64,000 nt of DNA from Perna viridis (Eukaryota): the NCBI GenBank assembly GCA_037379345.1, contig CM074512.1, positions 32,488,001 through 32,552,000 of the forward strand, in the 5' to 3' direction. How positions within the stretch are numbered: the stretch's first letter is position 1; each line of letters opens with the position of its first letter. Of this stretch, positions 36,900-47,956 are shown in pieces. The position numbers and the translations under genes were made by a program. The notes beneath the pieces were generated by a model, which ran no database searches, was not told the origin of the DNA, and worked only from the letters and a program-made list of their open reading frames with translations.

Positions 36900-39800
36900 A
36901 AGTCTTATAAACAAGATGGTTTGTTTTTGAAATGGAATATTTCTATGTCGAAGTTAACTGTCTTATTGACACAGGTTCCACTACATTTATTTTGCACCCC
37001 AGAAAATATTGTGATTCCAAATGACATGAAGCCGGAATTGAAGAGGCATAATTCAAGATTATGCTTACCTGATGGAGGGTACATAAAGACTATGGGTTAT
37101 GTAAATTTACCGATACGTGTAAATAATTTGGTCATAAATCCACAATTTATGACAGCAAACATTGATGTTCCTGCTGTTATAGGATATGACTTTCTGAATA
37201 AACATAAATGTACACTTGATATGGGTAGAGGTGTACTTTCTTTGAGTCAAAACCAGGTGCAATGTACCAAAGAGAGTCAAATTGACTCCATTTTTCAAAA
37301 TTGTTTTAGGGGGAAAAGTTACAGTTCGGCCGAACTCGGAGATTTTCACGCAAGGCAAAGTTGTGGCCTATGTTAATGCAATAGTTGAGTCGGTCCACAC
37401 CAAAAACGTAGAGAGAGTCCTGATTGCTAAGGCTTTGGTTGATCCTTCCTGTGGCCAAATTCCATTGAGGTTAGCGAATATTACTGGGGCCACGTGTGAG
37501 CTCGCTGAGTCTGATTTACATCCTCATGAAGCAACAGATCGCACATTAATGAAAGTTATTGAAAGTACAGACGATGATTTTCCTGCACATCTAAAATCCT
37601 TAAGACAAACGAGCAGTAAATTACTGTCTGATTAACAGATGACGGGATATGCCAAACCATTTAAGCAAGCCCCAAGACTTATACTTATAATTAAAAGAGA
37701 GGCGGTCGACAAGGAGATCCAAAGGCTACTAGACTGTAACATCATAGAACCGTCGAAAAGTCCTTGGGCATCCAATATTGTTCCTGTAACAAAAAAAAGA
37801 TGGTTCAATACGCATATGCTTTGATATGATAGCCCTGAATAACTTTACCATAAAAGATTCATATCCACTTCCACGTATAGACGATTCACTTGATGCTTTG
37901 AGAGGGTCCAAATGATTTAGTGTACTTGACCTTTCGAGTGGATATTTCCAGACACAGACGGACGAACATGATAAAGAAAAGACTGCCTTTACCAGTACAA
38001 AGGGTCTGTTTCAGTTCAAAGTTATGGCAATGGAATTGTGCAGCGGAGTTTCCACATTCCAAAGGTTAATGGAGTATGTCCTGGTCGAACTCAATTGGCA
38101 AACATGCATAATATATATTGATGACATTGTCATTTTTTCAGACTCATTTGAATCCCATTGTTCAAGACTCAGTAAGGTTCTAGAGAGGATTTCAATGGGA
38201 GGCTTGAAAGTTTCACCAAAGAAATATTTTTTATTTCAAGAACAAGTGTCTTTTCTAGGGCACATAGTATCATCGCTTGGAATTTCTGCTGATCCACTGA
38301 AAATAGAATGTATAAAGTCGTGGCCCAGTCCTACCACAGTTAAAGAAGTAAGATCCTTTCTGGAAACATGCTCCTATTACAGGAGGTTTATCCAAACTTT
38401 TGCAGTAATAGCCAAGCCAATGCATAGATTAACAGAGAAAACTACCCTTTCGATTGGACCACTGAATGGGAGTCTGCATTTACAGTCCTCAAAGAAGCGT
38501 TGGGAACATCTCCAATCCTGGGGTACCCAGATATGTCAAAACCCTTTTTGCTCGACACGGATGCGAGTGGATATGGGGTGGGAAGTGTCCTGTCCCAATT
38601 TTCTGGTGACAAAGTTGTAATAGCTTGTTACAGCAAAACCCTTAGTAAAGCGTAACGCCAATATTGCTTACTAGAAGGGAGCTGTTGACAATCATTTTAA
38701 GCATTAAACAGTTCCACCGTTATCTATATGGTGCAAAATTCCTAGTACGTAGTGACCATAGTGCACTCTCATGGATTTTACGGTTCAAAAAAAACCCGGA
38801 AGGTCAAATGGCCAGATGGTTAGAGTTTGTGAATATATACAATATGCTGGTACAACATCGACCAGGAAAGATACATGGGAATTGTGATGACCTCTCAGGC
38901 CGCCCTGTGTTGACTGTAACCACTGTGATAAGCAAGATCAGAAAGAGATTGACGAGGAAGATGCACCTGACTTCTGTCGAAGAACGAAGAAGACAAAGGA
39001 ATCCATTGAAGACGAAGAAGGGCCATAACTTTGGTTAAGCGGTAAAACAGATGAGCAACTGGCCAAAGCTAAAAAAAAACGAGACCCAGTTCTTTCACTA
39101 TTCCATGAAGTGAAGACGAAGCTGATTGGGAAACCTAGTTGGTCTGATATCTCAATTGAGAATACAAATTTTAAAAAGTACCAGTCCCAGTGGGATCGGT
39201 TAGTGCTAAGAAATGATGTGCTGTACCGAAATTGGATTCATTCTACTACGGAAGGGACGATTCTACAATTATTGATTCCGTATCCATGGAAACAAGATGT
39301 ACTTGAAGTGATGACGAACAATGTGGACATCTAGGTATACATAAGACGACTGCAAGAGTCCAAAACCAGTTCTACTGGGTTGGAAACAAGCGGGACGTCA
39401 TTGCCCACATTCAAAACTGCATAATATGTGGTTCACGAACACAGCCTCCGAGACGAGCTAAAAGTAAGATGAAACAATATCATGTTGGGGCCCGCTAAAG
39501 AGAATTGGTCTGGATTTGATTGGGCCTAAGATGCGGTCCCATAAAGGTAATAGATACACGTTGATTATCTCGGACTATTTTACCAAATGGGCTGAAGTCT
39601 ATCAATTACCAGACACGGAAGCGCAAACAGTTGCTGACAGTTTTGCCACAAATTTTATTTGTCGTTTCTGTGTCTCTCGACAGGTTCATGCTGATCAGGG
39701 TAGACAATTTGAGTCCAAACTTTTCAATTCTGAATTAATAAGACGAGGACGACTTATAGGCCACAAAGCAATGGTCTTGTAGAACGGCTTAATAGGTCCT

Positions 39801-40405
39801 AGAGGACATAGTAAGTAAATATGTAAATAAAAACCAAAAGGATTGGGATTAGCACCTACCATGGGCATTAATGGCCTATCGCTCATTTGAGAATGAGACG
39901 ACTAAATTATCCCCCTGCATGTTAATGCTTGGCAGGGAAATTGAAATCCCTTGATTCAGTGCATGGTCCTCATCCCCAGAAAGACGATTGTCCCACTAAA
40001 ACAGAAGCGGTCTCTTCTTATGCCAAGAAAACTCAAGAGCTGTTATGGAACGTACAACAGAAAGCACGCAAAAATCTGGCCAATGCCAGTGATAAGCAAA
40101 TGCGATCCTATGACGTAAAGGCTCAACAGAATTCGTACAAGACCGGAGATCCTGTTTGGTTGTACTCATATACTAGAACCAAACAGATAAGCCCGAAGCT
40201 CAAATGTCCATGGGAGTGTCCTTTCATTGTAACTGAAGTCATTTCAGATGTGATATATAAGATTAAAAAATGTCCTAATTCCAGAATCCAAATTGTACAT
40301 CATGACAGACTGAAACCATTCTATGGGAGAGTAGACAATTGGTACAAAACTCAGTCTTTGACAGTTCAAAGCTCACAGAGCATAGTTGGCCCGTCATCAC
40401 AGTAA
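36900..40405 (+). pseudogene. pol: Gypsy pol pseudogene (PR-RT-RH-IN)
   Basis: CLIDTGS (protease), SPWASNIVPV, DSYPLPRIDD, YIDD (RT), LDTDAS and TRRELL..RSDHSAL (RNase H), ISDYFTKW..HADQGRQFES (integrase), IVHHDRLKPF. Many frameshifts and stops. Confidence 0.92.
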
Positions 40406-40627
40406 CCTGAAAAATAAAAATAAAATATCAGTTGATAATTTGTTTGTTTAACTGATGAAGTAAAAAGTACGTAATGTTAAATACAGAATCTAAAACTGAA
40501 CGTGTTAAGCAAGCTCAGAAGTCTCTGGTCAGGTGTTTCTATGTTGACAAAACACTATATAACATTAAAATTTAAACACAAACGCATACTTATGTCTAAA
40601 AATGTTGGTTAAACTTTGTACTTACAG

Positions 40628-41573
40628 ATGCTTGAAAACAACTATGACTGAAAAAAGTGTGGAGCTCCGTATAGAAGTTTTAGAACTCTTATGCGCCACC
40701 TAAAGACAATGCACCATAATAAAAGAATCATGTGTAACAGATGGGATTTTTCTGTTGTACTTTCAGATCAGTGGCCAATGATTCAACATCAGAAAAAAAT
40801 GGGCTAAGGGAAGATGACTTAGATGTCAAAGAGGTTGAAATCCTGGCGTCACCTCCCAAGCAGATCCCGCACACACAGAGTTGGGAAAATCCTGAACAAG
40901 AAAACTGCAACAAACAGGAAAAAGAAGATGAGAGAGAAAAGTCCTGGAAAGATGAAAAAGGTCGGTCCAACAAGTGATCAGCTAGGGGACACAGTAAAAA
41001 AGGATGACGAACAAACATCATGAAAATTAAACAAAGAAGTAGGAAGTGCAAAACCTAGCAGAGGTCATCAACACAAAAGTAAAGATTCAGATAAAATTAG
41101 ACCAATGGGACCAAAAGTTAAAATATACTACACCAAAGAAGTCACCCAAGAAGCTGACACCAATCTAGCCATCACAGTACCAGACCTTCCCTGAGGCCCA
41201 GGAAATTCAGAGAGTTCGTAAGAGGGCCATAGATCAGAAAACCTATAGTGGCTCTGTAATTCCCTATGGGTATGGATGCGTAAAGAAGGAAGAACGTGTA
41301 ATATTCCCGGTGCTTATGAGTAAAATAACAGAACGTTCGAATGAACCTATGAACATGTCCGTAGTCCAAACAATTATTATAGATAGCGACAGTGACTCAA
41401 ATATAAGAACCGATGATGTAGTAGAGGTGAAAAATGTTGATATTGCCAACGAAAGACATGTTCAAGTACAAGGTCAAGAGAACATCATTGAGGAACTGGA
41501 AGAAGAATGCAAAGTAATTGTAAAGATTGAATATGAGGATGTAGATTATTCTGATTGCAGTTATATGAACTAA
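40628..41573 (+). pseudogene. Decayed 3' accessory ORF of the old Gypsy: C2H2 zinc finger followed by charged low-complexity region
   Basis: ttacag|ATG then MLENNYD*KKCGAPYRSFRTLMRHLKTMH = (C)x2Cx12Hx4H with the first Cys codon read as TGA (40649-40651). Downstream E/K/D-rich fragments at 40741-41023 and 41310-41573. Confidence 0.6.
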
Positions 41574-41815
41574 CAATATACACTGTTTCTTAAAAGACAT
41601 TTGTAAATACTGAACAATCATGTAACATGGTGGGAGGGTAGATATTTATTATGTAATAGAACAAAGTATTTCTTGTCCGGGACGGACAATATTTTCAAAG
41701 CAGGGGGCGGATTAAAAAAAACGTAAAGTTGTCATCACTCATGTTTATGAAATGTGTTGAATTATTTATATATGCCATTTGTAGGGCAGCCTGGGCAAGT
41801 TTATATTGTGTATAC

Positions 41816-42684
41816 TGTCGCAGGTCAAAATACAAGGGCCGGGACATCGGCAAAATATTTGTATTATGGCTGCATAAAAAGTCGTCCTGGTAATTTAACT
41901 TTATTCGTCTGAAAATAAACATATACATGTTTGCCAAATACAGCGTAACCTGAAAATAATGCACAAGATCTACACATTCCATAAATGTGTATTTACGGAG
42001 TATCGATGCACAAAAACTATCATTTGCCGATATTGAATGATAAACTAACATGAAATGAATGAACTATACGAATTTTAACTTTGCATAAATTTGTGAAAAT
42101 GAATTACGGAAATTGAAATGAAATATTATTAAACTAAAGAATAATGATTATTGTCAAATTGAAACTATATGAATTCCAAATAGCTAAAACGTTTATCCAA
42201 TTTACTTACTATCAATCTTATTAAACTTTATCTCATTGAATAATAAAGTTTCCAAATAAAATATTTTAGAAATGAAATAAATTTCTTAATCAATAAATAT
42301 TCGTACCTGAACGGCGACTTGCGTCCTCCGTCGACTATTGTGGAGTGAGCAAATTTTCAATTGTTATTGATTTTATAATATTTTGTTAGTAAGACATGCA
42401 GTGCCCGTGGCGCGGGAATGTCGATACTGTATAAAGTCAAAATATAGTTCATGTCGTATTGATTAAATGTACGTCATGATGATTACAAATACATGTACGT
42501 CATGATGAATATGAATGAATGACGAATGATATGATGAGTGATTGATAACATATAAACAAAACATCCCCCTTCTAGATTATAAACAACTAATAATCTATCA
42601 AATTCAAGTACGGATCATATATGCATACGATCTACATAATAACTATATCAAATACATCCCCCCTTTACAATCTATACGGTGACA
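41816..42684 (-). repeat. 3' LTR (869 bp)
   Basis: Direct repeat of 49888-50756, no differences seen by eye. Termini TGTC..GACA; AATAAA on the minus strand at 41900-41905. Confidence 0.97.
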
Positions 42685-42696
42685 TACACCCCCTCC
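42685..42696 (-). promoter_or_regulatory. Polypurine tract
   Basis: GGAGGGGGTGTA immediately 5' of the 3' LTR on the minus strand. Confidence 0.85.
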
Positions 42697-42958
42697 ATAA
42701 GAAAAATGGGATTCGTCCCCGAAACCAATGACAAAACAATAAACCTATAATACATTCGAAAATGCATAGTCAAATATTCAAAATGAAATTTGGCCATTCC
42801 CAAGTCAAACATGTGGCAAGCGCCTCTATGCGATTACAAATGTCCAAAATTCATATGAAAACAAGTATTTATTTATACACATGTAAAATATTGCAAACAA
42901 TACAATTTATCAAAATATCAGACAGATTTACATCATGTTTGTGAACCCATTTTGTTTC

Positions 42959-43633
42959 TCAATTATTCAACTTGGACTCATTACATCCAAATACAGAATT
43001 CAAACGTCGAATCCATACATCACGTAATTCGATTCCCGGATGTACACCATCAATCAATTTCGAATAAACGTATCGAATTCTGCCTTTATTATATTTATGA
43101 ACTGGTGTGTGCAAAAACGGTGTGACAAATCCGTTGCCGGTGTTATATTCTGTAATATAACTATTTATTTTGTTTAAGATTTCGTTCAGCATCTCTTGCA
43201 TATTATTATAATGCGTATCCAATAGAAGATAAGAAGTTTTTCCTTGTTGAAGTCTTATATTGTTCCATACCACGAAACTCATAGTAGTAATAGTTGCCAT
43301 TACTATTTTGCAATCTATGGAACTTAACTTCTCTTCTATCATACGGATATTAGTTTTAAAAATCTGCATATGATTGATCTTTTCTCCTTTTGAATCTCTG
43401 ATCTCTAAGCAAGATTCTTGATAACGGTTTGCTCTGCGAACGGAGCATATGTCCGGTATACCCGCTATAAAATAAACGATTTTGTTACCATCTATATCTT
43501 TTAAATCATCGTACGCTTTGTCACATAATTGTCTCAAGTTTGCACCCGGTTTTACGTATAAATGTTGGCAAAACAATTTGCCTTCCAGTGTTCTTCCTCT
43601 ACTGGAGGTGTATGTATAGGTCCGCGGGTTCAT
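42959..43633 (-). CDS. ORF3 of Gypsy element: SGNH/GDSL hydrolase (esterase)-like protein, 224 aa
   Basis: Block I TSSRG (Ser11), block II PGA (Gly30), block III VYFIAGIPD (58-61), block V LIDGVHP (Asp195/His198), in canonical SGNH order and spacing. Intact ORF between the pol stop and the PPT, preceded by splice acceptor tttcttttag|attgaaATG. Confidence 0.8.
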   Translation of the reverse strand: MNPRTYTYTSSRGRTLEGKLFCQHLYVKPGANLRQLCDKAYDDLKDIDGNKIVYFIAGIPDICSVRRANRYQESCLEIRDSKGEKINHMQIFKTNIRMIEEKLSSIDCKIVMATITTMSFVVWNNIRLQQGKTSYLLLDTHYNNMQEMLNEILNKINSYITEYNTGNGFVTPFLHTPVHKYNKGRIRYVYSKLIDGVHPGIELRDVWIRRLNSVFGCNESKLNN

Positions 43634-43732
43634 TTCAATCTAAAAGAAATGAATATATATTCTATATGGAAATTTCCGTTAATATAAACAAAATCGCAAA
43701 ATGAAATATATATAATTAATGAATTAATAAAA

Positions 43733-46700
43733 CTATGTAATATAATCTCTAAATCTGATAGGTGGTCTGACTTGTCTAGTAGACCTACGAACTGGGATTT
43801 CTGGTGTAACATCCGGTTCACTAACATTTGGTTCAACGACGGACTCGCTACTTTCTCGTACATCGGAAATCGAATTCTCTAATGTCGCACTCGATCGGGT
43901 ATCAGTTAAACTCAACAGTTTATTATAACTGCTCGAACTTGAATCGGACGAATAATTGTCACGCCTAACGATTACTTGTGGATCAAACGGAACTGCCAAT
44001 GGATTCAAAGGACTAACCTGTTTCTGTGATCCGTCATGTCTTACAAAAACGAGTTCATCCTCGGAATTAGACTCCGGTTCATACTCCACATCGTCAATAC
44101 CAACTGAATAATCATTCTCATTCGATTCTGTAACGTCGACACAAACTTCCGTCTCCTTTCTTTCTGGGCGGTTCCGACTCGTTTCCCCAGAATCCAGAAA
44201 TTGGACAGATGTAATCGGTAATAACATATTTCTATGTACCGTTTTTCGGATTCGTCCGTGTTCTTGTCGGATCACATAAACTGGAATTTCAGAATCGGGT
44301 CGAGACATTACGATGTAAGGTTCTTTACCCCATTTATTTGCCAATTTATGTTTTCCTTTGAATGCTACATTCTTCAATAATACTCGATCACCCGGTTCAA
44401 GTGTTGATTGACGTACCTTGAGATCGTATCGAGATTTATGACGTCTATTAACCCTTTCTGCTGTTTTCGCTGCCGTTTTATATGCGAACTGCAATCTTTT
44501 CTTCAAACCATAGACATACGAATTTCGATCGGCTGTCGAAGAAGAGTTGACGTCACTACCTAAAAATGCATCAATAGCAAGACGTGGATGCCAACCAAAC
44601 ATTAGAAAATGCGGACTATAACCAGTACTTTCATGCTTAGTAGCATTATAAGCATGTACTAGCGGTGCTACATAACTCTTCCAATTCGCCTTTTTATCAT
44701 CTTCGAGAGTGCCTAGCATATTTAACAGAGTTTGATTAAATCGTTCGCATTGGCCATTACCTTGTGGGTGGTAAGGGGTGGTGCGCGATTTCTTAACGTC
44801 TGCCAAATTGCATAGCTCTCTGATAACTTTCGACTCAAAGTTTCGACCTTGGTCGCTATGTATACGAGATGGAAACGAATAATGTTGAATGAAATGTTCC
44901 CATAAACTTTTGGCTGTAGTTTTAGCTGACTGATTCCTTGTTGGAATTGCCTGAGCATACCTTGTGAAATGATCAGTTATGACTAATATATTTTCATAAC
45001 CCCCTTTGGATCGTTCCAGTGTTAGATAATCTATACATAGAATCTCCAAAGGCTGAGACGAAGATATATTAATCAATTCTGCGGATTTCGTTGATCTGGT
45101 TTTTCTTAGAATGCATTTTGCACATGACGACACCTTACGTTCAACGTCTTTATCTACACCTGGCCAATAATACCTGGATTTTACCAACGACAAAGTCCTA
45201 TCTCGGCCCTGATGACCAACATCGTCGTGAAGACCTACAAGAGCGATCTCACGGTAGATATCGGGCAACACTAGCTGAGAAACTGACTCGTTGTTGATAA
45301 AACTCTTTCTATATAAAACCTCCTGTTGCATATATAATTTATCCCATTCTCTTATATATTTCTTGACGTCATCGCTTTCCTTCGAGATCTGCCGTTTCGT
45401 CGGTTTATGTCCAGTACTAATTAATTCGATAATTCTACTGATTGCAATGTCACATTTCTGTTCTTTGGACCAGTCAATATCGGATAAATTTGACTGATAA
45501 TCCATATTGTCGACAATTTCTGCATCTTGTGATAACAGTAAACTTTCTACTATTGGTTGTTCTGACTGAGCAATAGTTGCTGAACTACATACTGCCTTAA
45601 TGACGTCACAGTCTATGTGGTTTAGATTAGTATGATTTCTGGACAAAATATCGGCATCAATATTCGATTTACCGGTTCGATAGCTCAGATTGAAATCATA
45701 GTTTGACAATGCGGCCACCCACCTATGTCCTGTAGCATCAAGCTTAGCTTTATCTAAGACGTAGGTTAATGGGTTATTGTCAGTTCTGACCTCAAACTTA
45801 CTACCTGACAGATAATCATGAAATTTGTCGGTTACTGCCCATTTAAGTGCCAAAAATTCCCTCTTGTGGGCCGGATATAACCGTTCTGGACCACGTAAAC
45901 TACGACTAGCGTATGCAATGACCCTCTCTTTACCTTCTCTTCTCTGATACAATATAGCACCAAGACCAGTTCCAGATGCGTCTATATTAAGAATAAAAGG
46001 CAACGAGAAGTCTGCAAAAGCAAGAACAGGTGGATTTATAAGCTTGCTAATGATTGCATCCATCGCATTTTGCTCATTGGTACCCCACTGCCAGGGAGTT
46101 GGCTTTGCTCTCTTCTTAGGCTTAGCCTTTTTTTTGTTAGTGTGGTGACCAATTAACAAATCATTTAATGGCTTTGCAATCTTAGCATAGTCCTTGATAA
46201 ACTTTCTGTAGTATGATGTAAAACCAAGAAATTTTCTAAGATCTTTGACACCACTTACTTTAGGCCAGTTTTTTACGGCGGATACTTTATCGGGATCGGT
46301 CTTAATACCGTCGGCAGATACAATAACCCCAAGGTACTTAATCTCACTCTTGAAAAACTCACATTTATCGCCGCGAAGTTTTAAACCATTCTCTTCAAGA
46401 CGCTTAAACACAGATTCCAAACGTTCGAAATGTTGTTCGATCGTACTCGAGAACACGACTATATCATCTAGAAAAACTAGACATTGTCTTAAATGAGCCT
46501 CGCCCATGCATCGTTCCATTAACCTTTGAAACGTCGCACCGGAATTTGTCAATCCAAAAGGGAGACGATTCCACTCGTAAAATCCCAAAGGGCCTAAATT
46601 GAAAGCGGTCATAAATTTATCAGATTCCTTGATTCCACAATTCCAATACGCCGAACGGAGATCTAGGCGGGAAAAGAACTTAGAACCCGACAGACAATCA

Positions 46701-47956
46701 ATCGTCTCGTCTATCCGCGGTAGAGCGTACGCGTCTTTCACGGTACGTTTGTTTAATTTTCTAAAATCGATACAAAAACGAAGACTACCGTCTTTCTTTC
46801 GTACAAGTACAACGTTACTCGAGAACGGACTATTCGATTCGCGAATACAACCCGCTTCTAGCATTTCCCGAACATGTTCGCGAACTTCATCAAACAACGC
46901 CGGTGGTATACGTCTATACGGCTCTTTAAATGGTTTATCGTCGGTCAATTTAATTTCGTGTTCTAACAGTTTTGTATACCCTATATCAGAAGAACCTTTG
47001 GAAAATACTGACTTCCATTTTCCAAGCAAACCTCGCAATCTATCCTTTACCTCATAATCTAAACTATCAGATATTTTAATACCAAGTTCCTCTAAAGGCA
47101 TATCTTTCGTAACATTTTTCTCATTCGAATCTAAGTCTATGTGACGCATGACCTTGACCTCGTTCAGACTACATATAGTTGTTTTAGGTTTAATGGCAAC
47201 TGTTCTCGCTGTCATATTAAATATTCTGACTGGAACTCTACAAGTTTTACCCTTCAGATTAACAACTCTGGGGCAAACTGCTAAAGAATCAGAGTTATCG
47301 CCCTCTAAATTCTCTGTTACAACAGTTGTATCACATGAAACCTTGGATTTAGCTAATCCATTAATCGTCATGACTGACATGGGTTTTAGCCTTAAGGGCT
47401 TTCTGTTTGTAGATTTAACTTTACCTACAATTGATTCGGTCAGAGTACTAAATGCTAAATTCCATTCTTTCGGAATACCTTGAGTATTATCCTCAGACAT
47501 ACACATATGGAAAAGCTTGATTATATTTGTCCCTACTACAATGGGAACATTCTGATTGTATTCAGTCGGAGAAACAACTAATAGAGGTACATAAACCTCA
47601 TCTTGTGACATAAAACTGACCTTAACTTTGGCCTCGATATAACCTTGGTATGGCAAAACAGCGCCACCTGCTACATTGACAGTTAGACATAATTCACTCA
47701 GATCCCGTAATTCAGGTACTGGTTTCAATTTATTCAACATTGAGCTTGAAATTGTTGAAATCATTGAACCACTATCGATCAATGCCCTACATTTAACATT
47801 ATTGACAATGATATTTGCCTCATTAGCTTTTCCAACCATTCTATCTAACAGACTTTGTTGATCTTTATCATAACTTTCTTTAGGACTAAAGGTTTCTGAA
47901 ACCTTTTGTGTAAAGTCACGTGTTCGTCCTTCAACCGAGACCTTTATCCGTTTAAA
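43733..47956 (-). CDS. pol: Gypsy Pol polyprotein (protease, RT, RNase H, integrase), probably expressed by -1 frameshift from gag
   Basis: 1368-aa ORF from Met at 47839; the frame stays open upstream to the slippery site at 47956. LIDSGS, LRFCIDFRKLN, LPFGL, FLDD, NIDAS, RTDNNPL, HDDVGH..CAKC, ITDHFTRY, HSDQGRNFE, GNGQCERFN, KLANKWGKEPY. Confidence 0.97.
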   Translation of the reverse strand, partial: FKRIKVSVEGRTRDFTQKVSETFSPKESYDKDQQSLLDRMVGKANEANIIVNNVKCRALIDSGSMISTISSSMLNKLKPVPELRDLSELCLTVNVAGGAVLPYQGYIEAKVKVSFMSQDEVYVPLLVVSPTEYNQNVPIVVGTNIIKLFHMCMSEDNTQGIPKEWNLAFSTLTESIVGKVKSTNRKPLRLKPMSVMTINGLAKSKVSCDTTVVTENLEGDNSDSLAVCPRVVNLKGKTCRVPVRIFNMTARTVAIKPKTTICSLNEVKVMRHIDLDSNEKNVTKDMPLEELGIKISDSLDYEVKDRLRGLLGKWKSVFSKGSSDIGYTKLLEHEIKLTDDKPFKEPYRRIPPALFDEVREHVREMLEAGCIRESNSPFSSNVVLVRKKDGSLRFCIDFRKLNKRTVKDAYALPRIDETIDCLSGSKFFSRLDLRSAYWNCGIKESDKFMTAFNLGPLGFYEWNRLPFGLTNSGATFQRLMERCMGEAHLRQCLVFLDDIVVFSSTIEQHFERLESVFKRLEENGLKLRGDKCEFFKSEIKYLGVIVSADGIKTDPDKVSAVKNWPKVSGVKDLRKFLGFTSYYRKFIKDYAKIAKPLNDLLIGHHTNKKKAKPKKRAKPTPWQWGTNEQNAMDAIISKLINPPVLAFADFSLPFILNIDASGTGLGAILYQRREGKERVIAYASRSLRGPERLYPAHKREFLALKWAVTDKFHDYLSGSKFEVRTDNNPLTYVLDKAKLDATGHRWVAALSNYDFNLSYRTGKSNIDADILSRNHTNLNHIDCDVIKAVCSSATIAQSEQPIVESLLLSQDAEIVDNMDYQSNLSDIDWSKEQKCDIAISRIIELISTGHKPTKRQISKESDDVKKYIREWDKLYMQQEVLYRKSFINNESVSQLVLPDIYREIALVGLHDDVGHQGRDRTLSLVKSRYYWPGVDKDVERKVSSCAKCILRKTRSTKSAELINISSSQPLEILCIDYLTLERSKGGYENILVITDHFTRYAQAIPTRNQSAKTTAKSLWEHFIQHYSFPSRIHSDQGRNFESKVIRELCNLADVKKSRTTPYHPQGNGQCERFNQTLLNMLGTLEDDKKANWKSYVAPLVHAYNATKHESTGYSPHFLMFGWHPRLAIDAFLGSDVNSSSTADRNSYVYGLKKRLQFAYKTAAKTAERVNRRHKSRYDLKVRQSTLEPGDRVLLKNVAFKGKHKLANKWGKEPYIVMSRPDSEIPVYVIRQEHGRIRKTVHRNMLLPITSVQFLDSGETSRNRPERKETEVCVDVTESNENDYSVGIDDVEYEPESNSEDELVFVRHDGSQKQVSPLNPLAVPFDPQVIVRRDNYSSDSSSSSYNKLLSLTDTRSSATLENSISDVRESSESVVEPNVSEPDVTPEIPVRRSTRQVRPPIRFRDYIT

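Larger units (their letters stand above)
36890..41710 (+). mobile_element. Old 5'-truncated Ty3/Gypsy LTR retrotransposon (internal region to PPT)
   Basis: Decayed pol, then an accessory region, then the typical Gypsy 3' end gtccgggacggacaatattttcAAAGCAGGGGGCGG (PPT ~41698-41710). No gag or 5' LTR recognisable. Confidence 0.85.

Noticed and set aside
41695-42051. 118-aa ORF and its 85-aa twin at 49866-50123
   Set aside because: Both lie in the LTRs and end in different flanking sequence; no recognisable domain, so the duplication just reflects the LTR repeat.
42959-43633. ORF3 as an env/fusion glycoprotein
   Set aside because: Only 224 aa, with no signal peptide, furin site plus fusion peptide, or TM anchor; SGNH motifs explain it better.
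45091-47861. Plus-strand ORFs antisense to pol (e.g. 46599-47057, 47148-47483)
   Set aside because: Shadow ORFs produced by codon bias of the intact pol on the other strand.
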